A DNA stretch of 64,000 bases, the filler included, from Basidiobolus ranarum (taxonomy: Eukaryota): the NCBI GenBank assembly GCA_040143965.1. It is 11 parts of 11 records of this genome, joined end to end, with 100 filler letters (N's around TTAATTAATTAA, not from the genome) between each part and the next. Parts side by side here need not be neighbours in the genome. Positions count along the whole stretch, not along the records: positions 47,080 to 52,850 come from JASJQH010001503.1; positions 52,951 to 58,717 come from JASJQH010001504.1; positions 58,818 to 64,000 come from JASJQH010001678.1; 8 more parts are not named here. The stretch is one strand, 5' to 3'. The stretch's first letter is position 1; each line of letters opens with the position of its first letter. The notes under the pieces were generated by a model. The model was not told the origin of the DNA. It searched no databases and saw only the letters and a program-made list of their open reading frames with translations. Positions 50,651 through 64,000 of this stretch are shown here, in pieces. The translations under genes were made by a program, and so were the position numbers.

Positions 50651-51862
50651 TGAAAAGATTTCTTGCTGATAAGTATTGGCATCATTGGGAGTTGTTTGTG
50701 GATATTGTTAATATATTCTTATGGCATCAACTCACATTGGCAGAGCTCAGGCAGATACACCAACTGTGCAAAGATTTTATAACCAGATATGAAAAACTTT
50801 ATTACAGGTTTAAAGAAGATAGACTGAATCTATGCCAGTATTCAATACATTCCTTGCTGCATCTTTCACAATACTTAGATATTATATGCCCTTGCTATGC
50901 ATTCTGGGAGTTCCCTATGGAGTGCACCTGTAATGAAATGATGCCATCTGTGAATTGTCAGTATAACCATATGCTAATCTGATTAGCAAAGTACCCGCAA
51001 AATCAGTGATGAATCTAATGCCATGGGTTAAGGAGACTCCAGATATATTAACCTTCCAACAAAGGGCTCTTTTCAATGTGATCATGGGTTTTTGCATTGT
51101 TTGGGCACAATAACAGCAACAAAGCCCAATCTATTGACACAGAGTAAGTACCTCTATAATTTGGACTAATTTGTTTGTGTAATAATCTGATGGTATATCT
51201 AGGAAAGCTGTCAGACAGACTTCTTAGTGAAATAGATCAAGATATGCACTATTATTGTTTTAGCCATGGGGTATTCTATTCAAGAAAGGACACATGTACC
51301 TGTGGCAGGACATTTATTGACTGCAAGTTAGGGATAAGAGCTTATTCTCATTGTGGACAGTAACAAGAGTGAGCTAATTGTGAAGGGTCAGTGCTATTCA
51401 AAATTTTCAATATTTAGCAACTTTTCTGCCATTAGTTTGCTGGTTAAGCATAATGATGCTTTTGAGTGATGTCTGATCAGTCAAGTATGTGCCTATGTAG
51501 AGACTAAACACAACAAGCTTCTTGTATTTCTTTACTCTCATTATGGCTGGAATTCAAAGCCTAAAATATCTAAATAAAGGCATACATATTAATTTGAATT
51601 TCTACGACAGGGAACCTAGTAATTTGTTATTTGAAAATTAGATTTTTGCTAAAATTGCTGGAAATTAAATAATGCTTGCCAAAGATGAGGATCCATATTT
51701 TGACATATATGAATACCATCAAAATGCTGACAAGAAGCCACCATCTCACCATCAAAATCCCTGACAGAATGCAAGCCTCTGATATTGTGATGGTTCTCTG
51801 ATGGTTTGTAAACCAGAAGGGTGGATCCAATATGGATCAAGTTGAATTTATTTTTGTTAGGG
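50647..51862 (+). mobile_element. CMC/CACTA transposon, 3' part, copy 2
   Basis: YWHHWELFVDIV..EKLYYRFKEDRLNLCQYSIHSLLHL..PCYAFWEFPMECTC; homologous to copies 1 and 3; ends in TAGGG. Confidence 0.82.
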
Positions 51863-54099
51863 TAACCAAGGTCAACATTTGGCAGCATGTTGTCAAAGTT
51901 GTCTAGACTTACAGGTTTGACCACTGTTGCATTTCTCCCTACAGCATTCTGATCATATAACTGTGGTAACTCCATGGTATCTTTCAGCAGTGTTGCAAAA
52001 ACTTTGAAGTCAAGCACTGCCAGCAGACTCAGTGGGCAAAACTAAAGTTGATTTGGTGCACTTGTTATTATTGACATTCACCAGGCTTTGTGCAGCTGGT
52101 GGCTTTGTACAGTGACTATGCTTGTGATTATTATGCTATGAAGCTTCTGGCATTTATAGCACAAGAACTTGTGACAAAAGTAGCAAGGCTTCTTTGAATG
52201 TTTGTGTTGCAGCATGACAAGGCCATTGTGGAAAAAAGAACACCTACATTATAAGTGTGGTATTTTAGATATAGCCCATCAATATTATCAGCTGATTCTG
52301 AGACAGTGTCAGAGATGAGCCATCAAGGGATTTACAAGATATTTCCGGTAATGAATAGCAATTTTGGTTTAGTACAAGCTGTTTCTAAGCAATTTCATTA
52401 CACCAAGTTTACCATCTGAAAATTTCAATGCCATTTAAAAAGTGCTCAAAATTTAAATCAAAATCAGCTTCTAGCAAAAGCATGCTGACACAAAGGGAAA
52501 AAACCAGCAAGAACAGAGAACTTAATTGATGAGCCATCTGGCAATCCACTATCCACTTTGGAAGGCATTAACATGCCAGAAACTAACTCAAATAATGAAG
52601 AAGCATTATTCAGCATATCACATGTGTTCTTTTCCAACAATACTGCAAGTGAAGAGATTTTAATTCCCTAATTCCATAGTAAGTCAATAGTTGAACAAAG
52701 TTCAACAGAAACACCATCAACAACAGACTTGTTCCATCAGACCAGGTCCGATTGTGCCACTCGATCCAGCCTGCTAGTACACCATCTGGCGCGATCTGTC
52801 AATTACCATGGCTGGGTCCTATAACACTCGATCGGACACTATAAGGAACANNNNNNNNNNNNNNNNNNNNNNNNNNNNNNNNNNNNNNNNNNNNTTAATT
52901 AATTAANNNNNNNNNNNNNNNNNNNNNNNNNNNNNNNNNNNNNNNNNNNNCACCTGGTGCTCGTTCATCATTTATGCTACTCACTAACTGAGATCATGAT
53001 CCCTGGTATCTCTGACGTTATAACATACGGAGCATAGCGCTCCTGTGGATGGAATAAAGAACATTCAGGGTTATGTTTGTTTGTTGGGCGCTAATGAAGC
53101 GCCTTATTTTGATAAATAAAAATTCACAGGATGGGTATAAGGATGCAGTATATCCAAACTACTACTAATCCTCATTCCAGTGAGGACAGCCACAAAGCTG
53201 ATCAGGCTAGATGTCTGAGGTGGTGCATTTCTATGGGACTCGGACTATTTTGGACGAAACTAGCGTATTTCTGGCTCAATAGGAAGATCTCCAGCATTAT
53301 GGATGGAGGATTGATATCTGTATTTCGGCTGGAAATTGATGGGATTCGAAGAGTCCTTTGAGCTGGTTCTACGTATAGGTGGATATCCAATCACAGGCCA
53401 TAGCACGCCCCTTGTTTCATACCTCTGAATATGACAAAATCATCTTGTTTTAATGGATTTTTAATAATACCAATTATTGAATTTGTTAGATCGTAAACCC
53501 TGACATCTAAGCTGATGAGATACAAACCAGTTCTTTTTTCATCATACGTATAATAAGATATCCAAACGTTATACAGATCATATTAAAGGAGCATGCTGGT
53601 GCAACATTGAAAGTAATACCCTTTTTTTACTTAGTCCTGTCTTAAATGCTATTGGTGCTGTAGATTCGTGCAAATACCAAATATCAAATGGTCAGCTAGT
53701 CTATCGTTCTTCAATACTGATTGAATTGAATTATGTGTATGTCATTCCGAACAGCTTTTACAAGCAAGTATAAGATTCCGTGTGAGGTTTAATCGAAGCG
53801 GAACTTATAAATTGAAGGTTTGGCCGCCTGATCTTTTGTAAATCACTTGTCCCGCAAGTCCAGTAGACATACCTTCTACATCTTTGCACTTTCCTCATTC
53901 AACTATCTCAAATATTAAGTTTGAAATCTGAAAGGTTTCTGATCACACTGCTTGGTTACATACTGTTGGGGCCTCCCATTCTCAACATTTACCTTCGTAT
54001 TGTCTTGGTTAGAAACTTGACCCAGAAAGCAATTATATATCATCATTCTCCGACTTTTCTAGTTCAACCTCCCTTCCACTGAGTTGAGCCACTTTAAAC

Positions 54100-55244
<1,145 letters not shown>

Positions 55245-58200
55245 AAATTTATTTCGTTCGAGTTAATTTGAAGGTGATCAATGATAACACATCATCTAGA
55301 AGACGTCGTTTATCCGAGCTATTTTTGCACCCAGATAGCCTTACCTCTTCTTGATTTAAACTTGGACTGGCTTAGAACGACTGGCATTCTATATATTGGG
55401 GGTTTAACCCTTTTCCAGGATAGCTGCTTTGCTTGTTAGAATCATTATTACATTCCATGTTGACATATACCACACTCTTCTGTAAGCCTCAAAAACCAAG
55501 CACCGCCTATTTTTCTAAAATATCTGAGGGAACTCTATATGTACTCTACGTTGCTTTCGCTACGTATTATAACTTTACATCGACGCACTTCCTTTTACTT
55601 ATTATTTATTCCATTTCATTTATGACTTTCAATACTTGTTTTGACGCTTTGGGAGCTCACTCCTTGAGTAGACATGTAAGTGTGGCCATCTGTACATAGG
55701 TTGAAGATATGTTTATTTACTTGTAACCATTCTTAACCATTACTTGCTTTGGTACCGATAATAAACATTTAATCTTCATTCCAATTTTGATCTCCAATTT
55801 CGCACCATACTCCCTATATCCATACTTGTCACCACTACTGATCCTAGCTACTCAATTGATCTTACTTTTCAAGCCTGTTCTTCCCCCTCATGGCTGCTTG
55901 GCCGATCGATAAATCCCATACAGCCCTATAAGCCACAGTTTTCCATTTCAAGTAAAATCAAGGTTTCATTAGTGACCGTATTTGATATTGAAGCCTCCCA
56001 AAAAGACCAATATATAACGAGACACTGCCCAAGCTTTTGATTTCTCGAGATGCAGCCAATGACGACGAATGGGATGACAATTCGACTACAAATCTAACTC
56101 TGGTATCATTCCATTTACTGCGCAAATTTAGTAATCTACCACAACAGATTCATTGCACATTTGTGTGGTCAACCATCAAGGACATTCCCTATCAGAAGTA
56201 CGCAATACCTTGGAAATCCACCAGCTTCCTCATGGCTAGTAGCCCTTGGTGGACCATCACACTCCACTTGTTTTCAAATAGCAGAAACCCAATCATCAAG
56301 CAGCCAAGAGAACTGTAATCATGACTAAAGCCCTATATTTGGACATGAAGATTAATTAATGGCTCAACTGAGAAATGTCAGTTTTCTGTATCATTCCTTC
56401 GTTGAACCCAAGTAGGAAATGACTCGGAATCCATATTATTTTAGGGGAAGAGGGCTCTTGGGATCGAAACTGACAGTTGTTTGGAACCAGCGCCCAAATA
56501 AAGATAGCACTTAGTCAACCTCAATAGGGGAGGCAGTTTGAGTTTGAGATCCGCCCAATTGGCCCGACGGTGGCAATAAATGTACAATGTTAGTGATATT
56601 TACAATCGTCGTATTCATATTCGAATGAAGCTATGACATCACTAACGCTTATCCGCGTTAGTATTTCTACGACGGGTGCGTTAATTCACTGAAAGATTGC
56701 TAAATCTAGTTGAAGGTTCCATCCAAAAGACGGACTTGCCGAATTGCATAATATATGGTCCTTGGCACATGACCGTAATTAGTGATGATTATAAATCTGG
56801 GAGATTCTATCTTCGACAATTACTTGCATTATCTACGAATGTCCTTACTGATGGGATGAATGGTCTTAGAATTGTGGCCATTGAGCGATCTCAATGTTCT
56901 TGGGTTCATTTTAGGACAATTACTTAAAAGCTGCATGTGACGCTCACATCTAAGGTTGGAGTGCGTCTGGATGATACCGAATTTGCAAATGAACGAGTGA
57001 TCCTCGTATCGCCATGTGCAACCGTAAGATACCCATCTAGTTCTGATTTGAGTCATTACAGATCATATGAAGTTTATATTCAATACTGTTGACGTAGTCA
57101 GCTTATATCGATGGCAAAATTAGGTAATAATCACCGAAAGAGTTTGTTGAACCATAGCCCAAGGATATATCTTGACTGCATTAAATAAGATACCTATATT
57201 AAGCTTCCACTATCAGACTTCATGAATCATTATTTAGAGTAAAAACTGCATGAAGTGTGCAACAATGATGCCCAATTTGACTTGATACAATACTATTTAA
57301 AGTTCTAGTGCCTATGCCTCTTACATTCGTTGTACTACTATTAGTGAATCTGCGTAGGGTAAAGGTCATTGAAAGCTTGGCAACATCGTAAAAGATCAGT
57401 TATGATGATATTCTCCATGCTTTTTGTATTAACCACCGCGATTTCAAAGATAAACTGAAAACCTTTTAGGAATGTTTACTTCACTGTTTGGGTGAAAAGC
57501 TCATTTACTGTACAAAAGTTGTAGTGTAAAGATGCTTTGTGATACGGATATGCCTAAACATGTCTGAATGATCTCGTGGAATTGACTTGTATTACTACAG
57601 ACCCAGTACAAAGGAAAACTCCGATTTGAATATGATAAATCTTGTTTATTACATTGGCTTTATCTCACAGCTGAAGAAACAGGATTTATCACTAAAAGGA
57701 TTGGTAGGATTTTCCTTCCAGATGCTGTTAGATACCTTTAGTCATACCAAGTATTTGCGTAAACATTTCTATATACAGCATAGTTAGATTACCCCATTTA
57801 TGAAGAAGCATATGGATATTATTCATGAGACAAATCGATGATAAATCTTTTGGCTATAAATGATGCTATTCACTGATGCGGAGATTGTGTATGACGAGAA
57901 TATTTTTCTAAAACATACACCATTAGGAAGCGGATCATTTGACAGAAGAGAATATAGAATTCTGAGCTCAATTGATCAAGGCCAAAACGTTTGATGTTTC
58001 TATGAGTAAGCTCCAATATTGTATATAATTTCACGATAGTATACTTCCACAAGGTGTGGCTTTATTCGCCAGTGTTCTGTAGCAAGGTCACCAGAGTTAC
58101 AGAGTCTCACTCCTATCAGCTGCCTGATATTTGTTAAATTCTCAAAGCTTGCCGAATTTGTGACACCCCTTCACCACTGTTGTGGTATGGGATACTAGAA

Positions 58201-58817
58201 AATCACAAGAGTAGAAATTATCTTCTGAGAAAATATATTTACTTTACTATTTTATTTACTTCCCTCTAGATCTTACTATAAGCTCCCATTAATTAAATGT
58301 ATGTTGAAATAAATTTCGAAATATTAATATTTTACAAATTCCATATTCATTGCGTTTTGATTTAAACCGAAGTTGACTTCAATAACTACGAATCACTTAG
58401 AGTTACTGGCTTGCGATCGTATTGAAATCTCACAAAATATTTATCACAGATAAATCTAGCACATTAATAGATTTTATTATCAGTCATTGTATGTAGTAAC
58501 CACTAGAGTTATATCTGAAGGCGTGTGGAATCTCGGTTATAGTCACATTAACACCCTACCAAATTTACTGCAGTATCATGCCTGTAGAAAGAGTTTCGTT
58601 TAGAGATAATAACAAGAGGGTATTTCCCAACAGCTAGTAAAACGTGTACAATTGTTATGGTGATCTCCGTGATGTCAGCCTCAATAGGCCAACTCATCAA
58701 CACTCTTAAACGTATGANNNNNNNNNNNNNNNNNNNNNNNNNNNNNNNNNNNNNNNNNNNNTTAATTAATTAANNNNNNNNNNNNNNNNNNNNNNNNNNN
58801 NNNNNNNNNNNNNNNNN

Positions 58818-61084
58818 CTGAATCAGGTAAATATCATTCAAATTTGGCTTACATACCATTGATTCCCTATCTTGAAGTTTTGATGAAATCAACCAAATAT
58901 AGATCATTGATCCAATACCAATGTACTCAACATAAAGCTGATGGTATTACCAATATACTTGATAGATATCACTACCAGAATCTGAAAAGTCAAGGTTTCT
59001 CTGAGAACACATTTCATCATGCATTTGCATTGGCTCCGGATGGTTTCCCACTAAACAAATATACCATTGGAAAGGCTTGCTGGCCAATAATTTTAATTAG
59101 CTTAAATCTTCCTCCTTCTGAATGTATAAGAGTCAGAATATTTTGATACTATCCATCAAACCTGGACCTAAATCACCAGTGCTTATAGATAGCTTCTTGG
59201 GGCCTTTGATTGCAGAATTTGAATGGCTATCTAATGGGGTTCAGATGGTTAAATATTTTATTAAAGCTAATATCATTGTATGTATTAGTGACACTCCTGC
59301 CATTTGTAATCTTAGAGGTTTTTGCAGGCACAATGCACTATGTTGCTGTGGATTTTGTCAAATCAATGGAGTTTACTCTATCAGGCATATGCTCTGCTAC
59401 AATCCAAATAGAAAACTAAACTCCATGATTTTACCATCAAGAACCTGGTCAGATTTCAACATGATCACTGATATCAATTCACCAAATAGTCAGTCTAACA
59501 TCAAACTTGGTATATGCGGTAAGCCTAAGATTATGGTGCTAAAGGGGTCAGCTGGAGCCAGAGCTTCCCATCAAGCACTATCCACTTACTATTCAACAAC
59601 ATTCCAATATTACTTGCTCAGCTATATAGTGGAAAATTCAATATGAATGAACCATTTGAGATAGGATCAAAGTTTGAATCAAGTGGGAAAATGCTTGAAG
59701 ACATCAAGATACCATCATATTTTACCAGGACTCCCATCAATATCTACTCATCTAAGTGTTTATCCAAATGCAAAGACATAAAGTATTAGGTTTGTATATA
59801 TTCAACTGCAATCTTGAAAAGATTTCTGCCTGATGAGTATTGGCAACATTGGGAGTTGTTTGTTGATATTATTAATATATTCTTATGGCATCAACTCACA
59901 TTGGCAGATCTCTGGCAGATACAGCAATGGTGCAAAGATTTTGTGATTGGATATGAAAAACTTTATTACTGGTTTAAAGAAAGATAGACTGAATATATGC
60001 TGGTATTATATACATTCCCTGTTGCATCTTTCTCAATGCTTAGAGATTTTAGGCCCTTACTATACATTCTGGGAGTTTCCAATGGAGTGCACCTGTGGTG
60101 AAATGATGCACTGTGTGAAATTATCAGTATTGCTGTATGCTAATCTGATTAATAATGTATCAGCAAAATCAGTGATGGATGTAATGCAATGGATAATGTA
60201 ATGAGATGGGTTAAGAAGGCTCCACAGTATATTTACCCTCCAACAAAGGGCTCTTTTCAATGTGCTCATGGGTTTTTCCATTGTTTGAGCACAATAAAAG
60301 CAACAATGCCCAATCCATGGACACAGAGCAAGACCCTCTGTAATTTGGACTAATTTGTTTGTGTTATTATCTCACAGTATTTCTAGGAAAGCTGCAAGAC
60401 AGACTTCTTGGTGAGATAGATCAAGATATGTAGTATATTGTTTTAGCCACAGGTAATCTATTCAAGCAGTGACACTCTTACTTGTGGCAGGACATTTGTT
60501 GAAGGCAAGTTGGGTATATATTGGCTGAATTCTTTATGGCAATTTGCCAAAATCCAATAACTTATTCTCATTGTTAATGGTAACAAGAGTCAGCTCTTTG
60601 TCAAGTGTCAGTGCTATTCAAAATTTCAGATGTTTAGCAATGTTTCCACCATTAGTTTGCTGGTAAAGCATATTGATGTTGTTGAGTTATGTCTAATCAG
60701 TCAAGTGTGTGCATATGTAGAGACTGAACACAACAAGATTCTTGTATTTTTTGATTCTCATTATGGCTGGCATACAAAGCCAAAAATATCTAAATAAAGG
60801 CATGCATATTAATTCAAATTTTTACAGCAGTAAACCCAGTAATTTGCCATTCAAAATTTAGATTTTTGCAAAAAATTGCCAGATATTACATAATGCATGC
60901 CAAATATCAGGGTCAATACTTTAAAATGTATGAGCACCATCAAAATACCATCAAGAAACCACCATCACACCATCAAAATCCCTGGCTGAATGGAAGCCAC
61001 CAATATTGTGATGGTTCTCTAATGGTTTTGCAATTCAGGAGGGTGGATCTGATCCGGATCAAATCAAATTTGTTTTTGCTAGGG
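58818..61084 (+). mobile_element. CMC/CACTA transposon copy 3 (Transposase_21/Tnp2 core to 3' terminus), degenerate
   Basis: ALAPDGFP..CWPIILISLNLPPSEC..NILILSIKPGPKSP..DSFLGPLIAEF..SDTPA..GF..H....CGFC..G and GPYYTFWEFPMECTCG; ends in TAGGG. Confidence 0.88.
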
Positions 61085-62640
61085 GCTTGTTTGTTGGCCA
61101 AGTGGCATTAGTGTTAATCTTGGTGTGGGGTTAGTTATTGATGACTTCATTAGAAGTATTAACAAGGGTGTGCAACTTTTTTTAAATATATTAGTAGAGC
61201 CTAGCTGAGAGGTAGTGGATTAATGGTGAGGGAAGAGGGTATTGACATCTTTAAACCAAACTCTGCAGTGCCCACAACCAATGAGCTTATAACACCTGCT
61301 AGTACAATAGTAACACAGGTTGAACCTCTTCATGCCACTGAAGAGATCATTGGTAATACCAGTACTCTACCAGAATTTTGCAGTGAGTGAGATCTTTATG
61401 GGCTACTACAAGAGCTCCATCAAGCTTATATTTAACAGCCTGCCCCTTGGTTTCTGGAAGCTATCAGTAATGGAGAGGATCCTATCTTGTCTCCAACATT
61501 GACATATAGATCCTTCATTTCTGAATATCCCTATTATTACAACAGTTACAACACATTGGCTGATCCTCCCTTTCTTAGTGATTATGAGCCTATTCATCAT
61601 GGTTGCTATGTTTTAAAGTCATGCGGAAGCTACTGCTAGGCTTCATAACTTATGTGGCTAGCTATTCAAGATTGTGCCTTTGATATCCTGGCCTGTGGTG
61701 GGTTTTCCAAGCATTCCATTTCATCTACTAAAATTGTTCCTCTATTGATTGGTAGACTTGTTCCATTGTGCCAAGGGTTAAAAGATCTTGGCTCAATGTA
61801 TGACAGTAAATGTGGCTGAAGTTTACCATGCCTCACAGTGGTGGCTAGTGCCAAATTATGCTACCTATACTATGTGATACATTAACAGATATATTATATA
61901 TAGCAGAATCTGGCACCATATTTGGGAAGAAGTCCAGTGATTTAATGTCATATCTATGCCTCATATTTTAGCTAAAGAATTTCTTTGTGTAAATATCTTG
62001 TTGGCAGCAGAACATGTTTGATAGATGTGTTCCAAGGTTTTCTGTATAATTTTGGCAGTTCCAGCTATTCAACATTGAATAAGCAACATATATTTTACAT
62101 TAAGACAAATTTTGATTAAGGCACTTTATTCTCTCTTAACCCAGAGAAAAACTTTGGTTTCAGACCATATAAATTGCTTTCTTCTCCTGCAACAAGGTCC
62201 AAAAGTCCTTTTTCATGCAGCAACATTTTCATCTCAATTCTCTTAACTTGATAGTTGGTTAGATCCAATTTTCAGGTGTGGGAAAAGTTCCAAAAATTTG
62301 AGAAATAGAGAAATATGTGGCTTTCACTAGTTGATTTATTCAGTTGAAAGTTGACATTTGTAGTTTTATGATGATGTAAGCAAGTTAACATAAAGAATGT
62401 GTTAAGGAAGGTCCCAGGCACATGTGTTCCAAGCTTGGGGCTTCTAGCACAAGTTTAAAATCTACATATCTAAGCACTTCTAAATTGGTGTACTAAGTAT
62501 ATCCTCAAATCAATAACGGGTGATATCCCGGTGGGATATAGGATAACTAAATATTTGGTGATTTCTTTGTACAGCATACAATGACCAATTACCAAGCTAT
62601 ATATGACTATATAGGTGTTTAGGCAATGCTAACTTCAACA
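61085..62640 (-). mobile_element. Copia remnant: LTR (62640 to about 62280), gag start and integrase fragments
   Basis: LTR starts TGTTGAAG and is homologous to the 18859 family. Gag reads NYQVKRIEMKMLLHEKGLLDLVAGEE; integrase-like PWHNG follows. Confidence 0.8.
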
Positions 62641-63283
62641 CAATTAGTATTAAATTAGAATAAATGTATATACGAGTTGAGAATTACACCTGTCAAGAAG
62701 AGTTGAATATATAGATGAAGTTTTGATTATGCGAGAGGAGAAAAAGTGGTAAACGTTAATTAGCATTTATCTAGGAATGGGTAACTAAAATATACTTGTA
62801 TCAGCACTATTTGTTTTGAGAGAAATGAGTTTTTACCTTTTGCTGAAGCTAAGATGAAGGTAAAGTCGGTGAAATTAGCCATCCAATATTTGGAATGATG
62901 AGACATTGCTTTGCAGGTGAAGTACGGTTTGATGCAAGTTAGTATTTAGGATGGTGCAAACTTTAATCACGATCGCCACATATCAGTTCTCGACCAGTTC
63001 AGTGGTTAATTAGGAAGCGACCTCTAAGATAAAATAGTCATTGCAGAAACAAAACCAGTTAGAATTTAAGATTCGGCTTGTAGTAAAATATTTCCATAAC
63101 AATTGAAGTAGTGCATGAATTGGTCAGGTCATAACTAACCAACAAAACGGATTTCTCCTTAGACTATTTTCCAGTATCACCAACTCTTTGAGAGGTTCGC
63201 GTAAGACTGGTGATTTCGTATAAAGTGCGGGGATTTCTGTATTTGAAATTTGCAATTCTCTTCTTGGTGTATTTCTCTTCATA

Positions 63284-64000
63284 ATGCCAGTCACATCAGT
63301 ACCTTTAGAGCGTAGCATACACAAACTCCGTCCAAATGATGAGGGTCGGGATGCGCAAAACAAGTCCCATATGCAGCTTAATATCATGTGATTAACACCT
63401 ACCGGGACCTGTACCCTCTATTCTGGCAGTCGATTTAGAGGTGAGCAAAAGAGCAGCCTACATAGCTACCAAGTTAGCATGCACATACAGGTAATGAACT
63501 GTTCTCAACTTTACTTTCCTCTCCAATGTATTCTAACATTGTTTGCTTTAGCATATCAATCTTAATGACTCGTACCTTTGTGGATATTTGCACCTTCACG
63601 ACTTGGCTGAGAAATATCCCAAAATCACCACCTTCTTTGATGCCGAAATCATTGGACCTAAATATTCTTTTTTGACGTGCAAATGGGATGTAGACGAGAT
63701 GATTGATAAACAATATTGGGTAAGTGAATGGAAGAATTTAATTGAAATAGGTTAATCTAATCAACATTCTAGATTAAATTCCCAGCCTTTAAACAATACT
63801 CTGGATTATTTAACCAAGATAATTTCAAGTACAACCTTAAGAATAACGATTTCATATTTATGCGTTGGAAAGAGCAATTTTTGGTTCCCGATCATCGAGT
63901 TCATAAGGTTAATGGTGCGAACTTTGACGGGTTCTATTACATTTGTTTCCAACTCTCCACTGGCACCATTACTGGCTATTACCATCACCAAAATGTTGAA
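63284..64000 (+). CDS. GID4: GID4/Vid24 (GID E3 ligase Pro/N-recognin), 3' partial; in-frame TGA at codon 36
   Basis: Exons 63284-63490, 63552-63719 and 63773 to end: [70 protein letters not shown]. Not in the ORF track. Confidence 0.92.

Noticed and set aside
55400-58717. Short ORFs downstream of the forkhead gene (likewise 29456-30120, 31700-33300, 41208-42720)
   Set aside because: No recognisable motifs or splice-consistent models. They may be decayed relics, but this cannot be supported by eye.

Overview
Eukaryotic, AT-rich DNA with short spliceosomal introns, most consistent with an early-diverging fungus (inference). The window is not one locus. It is 11 unrelated contigs of about 5.8 kb, sorted by decreasing length and joined by artificial N44-TTAATTAATTAA-N44 linkers, so no synteny can be read across linkers. 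Recognisable genes: PTAR1/Ecm9-like prenyltransferase-alpha repeat protein, a multi-pass membrane protein, DUF1770-like protein, Hsp31/DJ-1 glyoxalase III, an alpha/beta hydrolase, a single-pass Pro-rich membrane protein, an Avo2-like ankyrin protein, mitochondrial ribosomal bL31m, stomatin/SPFH, a forkhead factor and GID4/Vid24 (with an in-frame TGA). The most striking feature is one contig filled with about 11 copies of an intronless 96-aa CsbD/Hmp1/LEA-like gene: 4 intact, 2 cut by contig ends, 2 pseudogenes, 2 3' scraps and an in-frame 22-aa mini-copy. There is also an internally deleted eIF3i pseudogene. About a third of the window is nested, degenerate, strongly CpG-depleted transposons: Ty1/copia with a half-tRNAiMet-type PBS, a gypsy fragment, a CMC/CACTA family with a CCCTA terminus, and a DDE_Tnp_4 relic. 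Family assignments come from motif recognition only; no searches were run.
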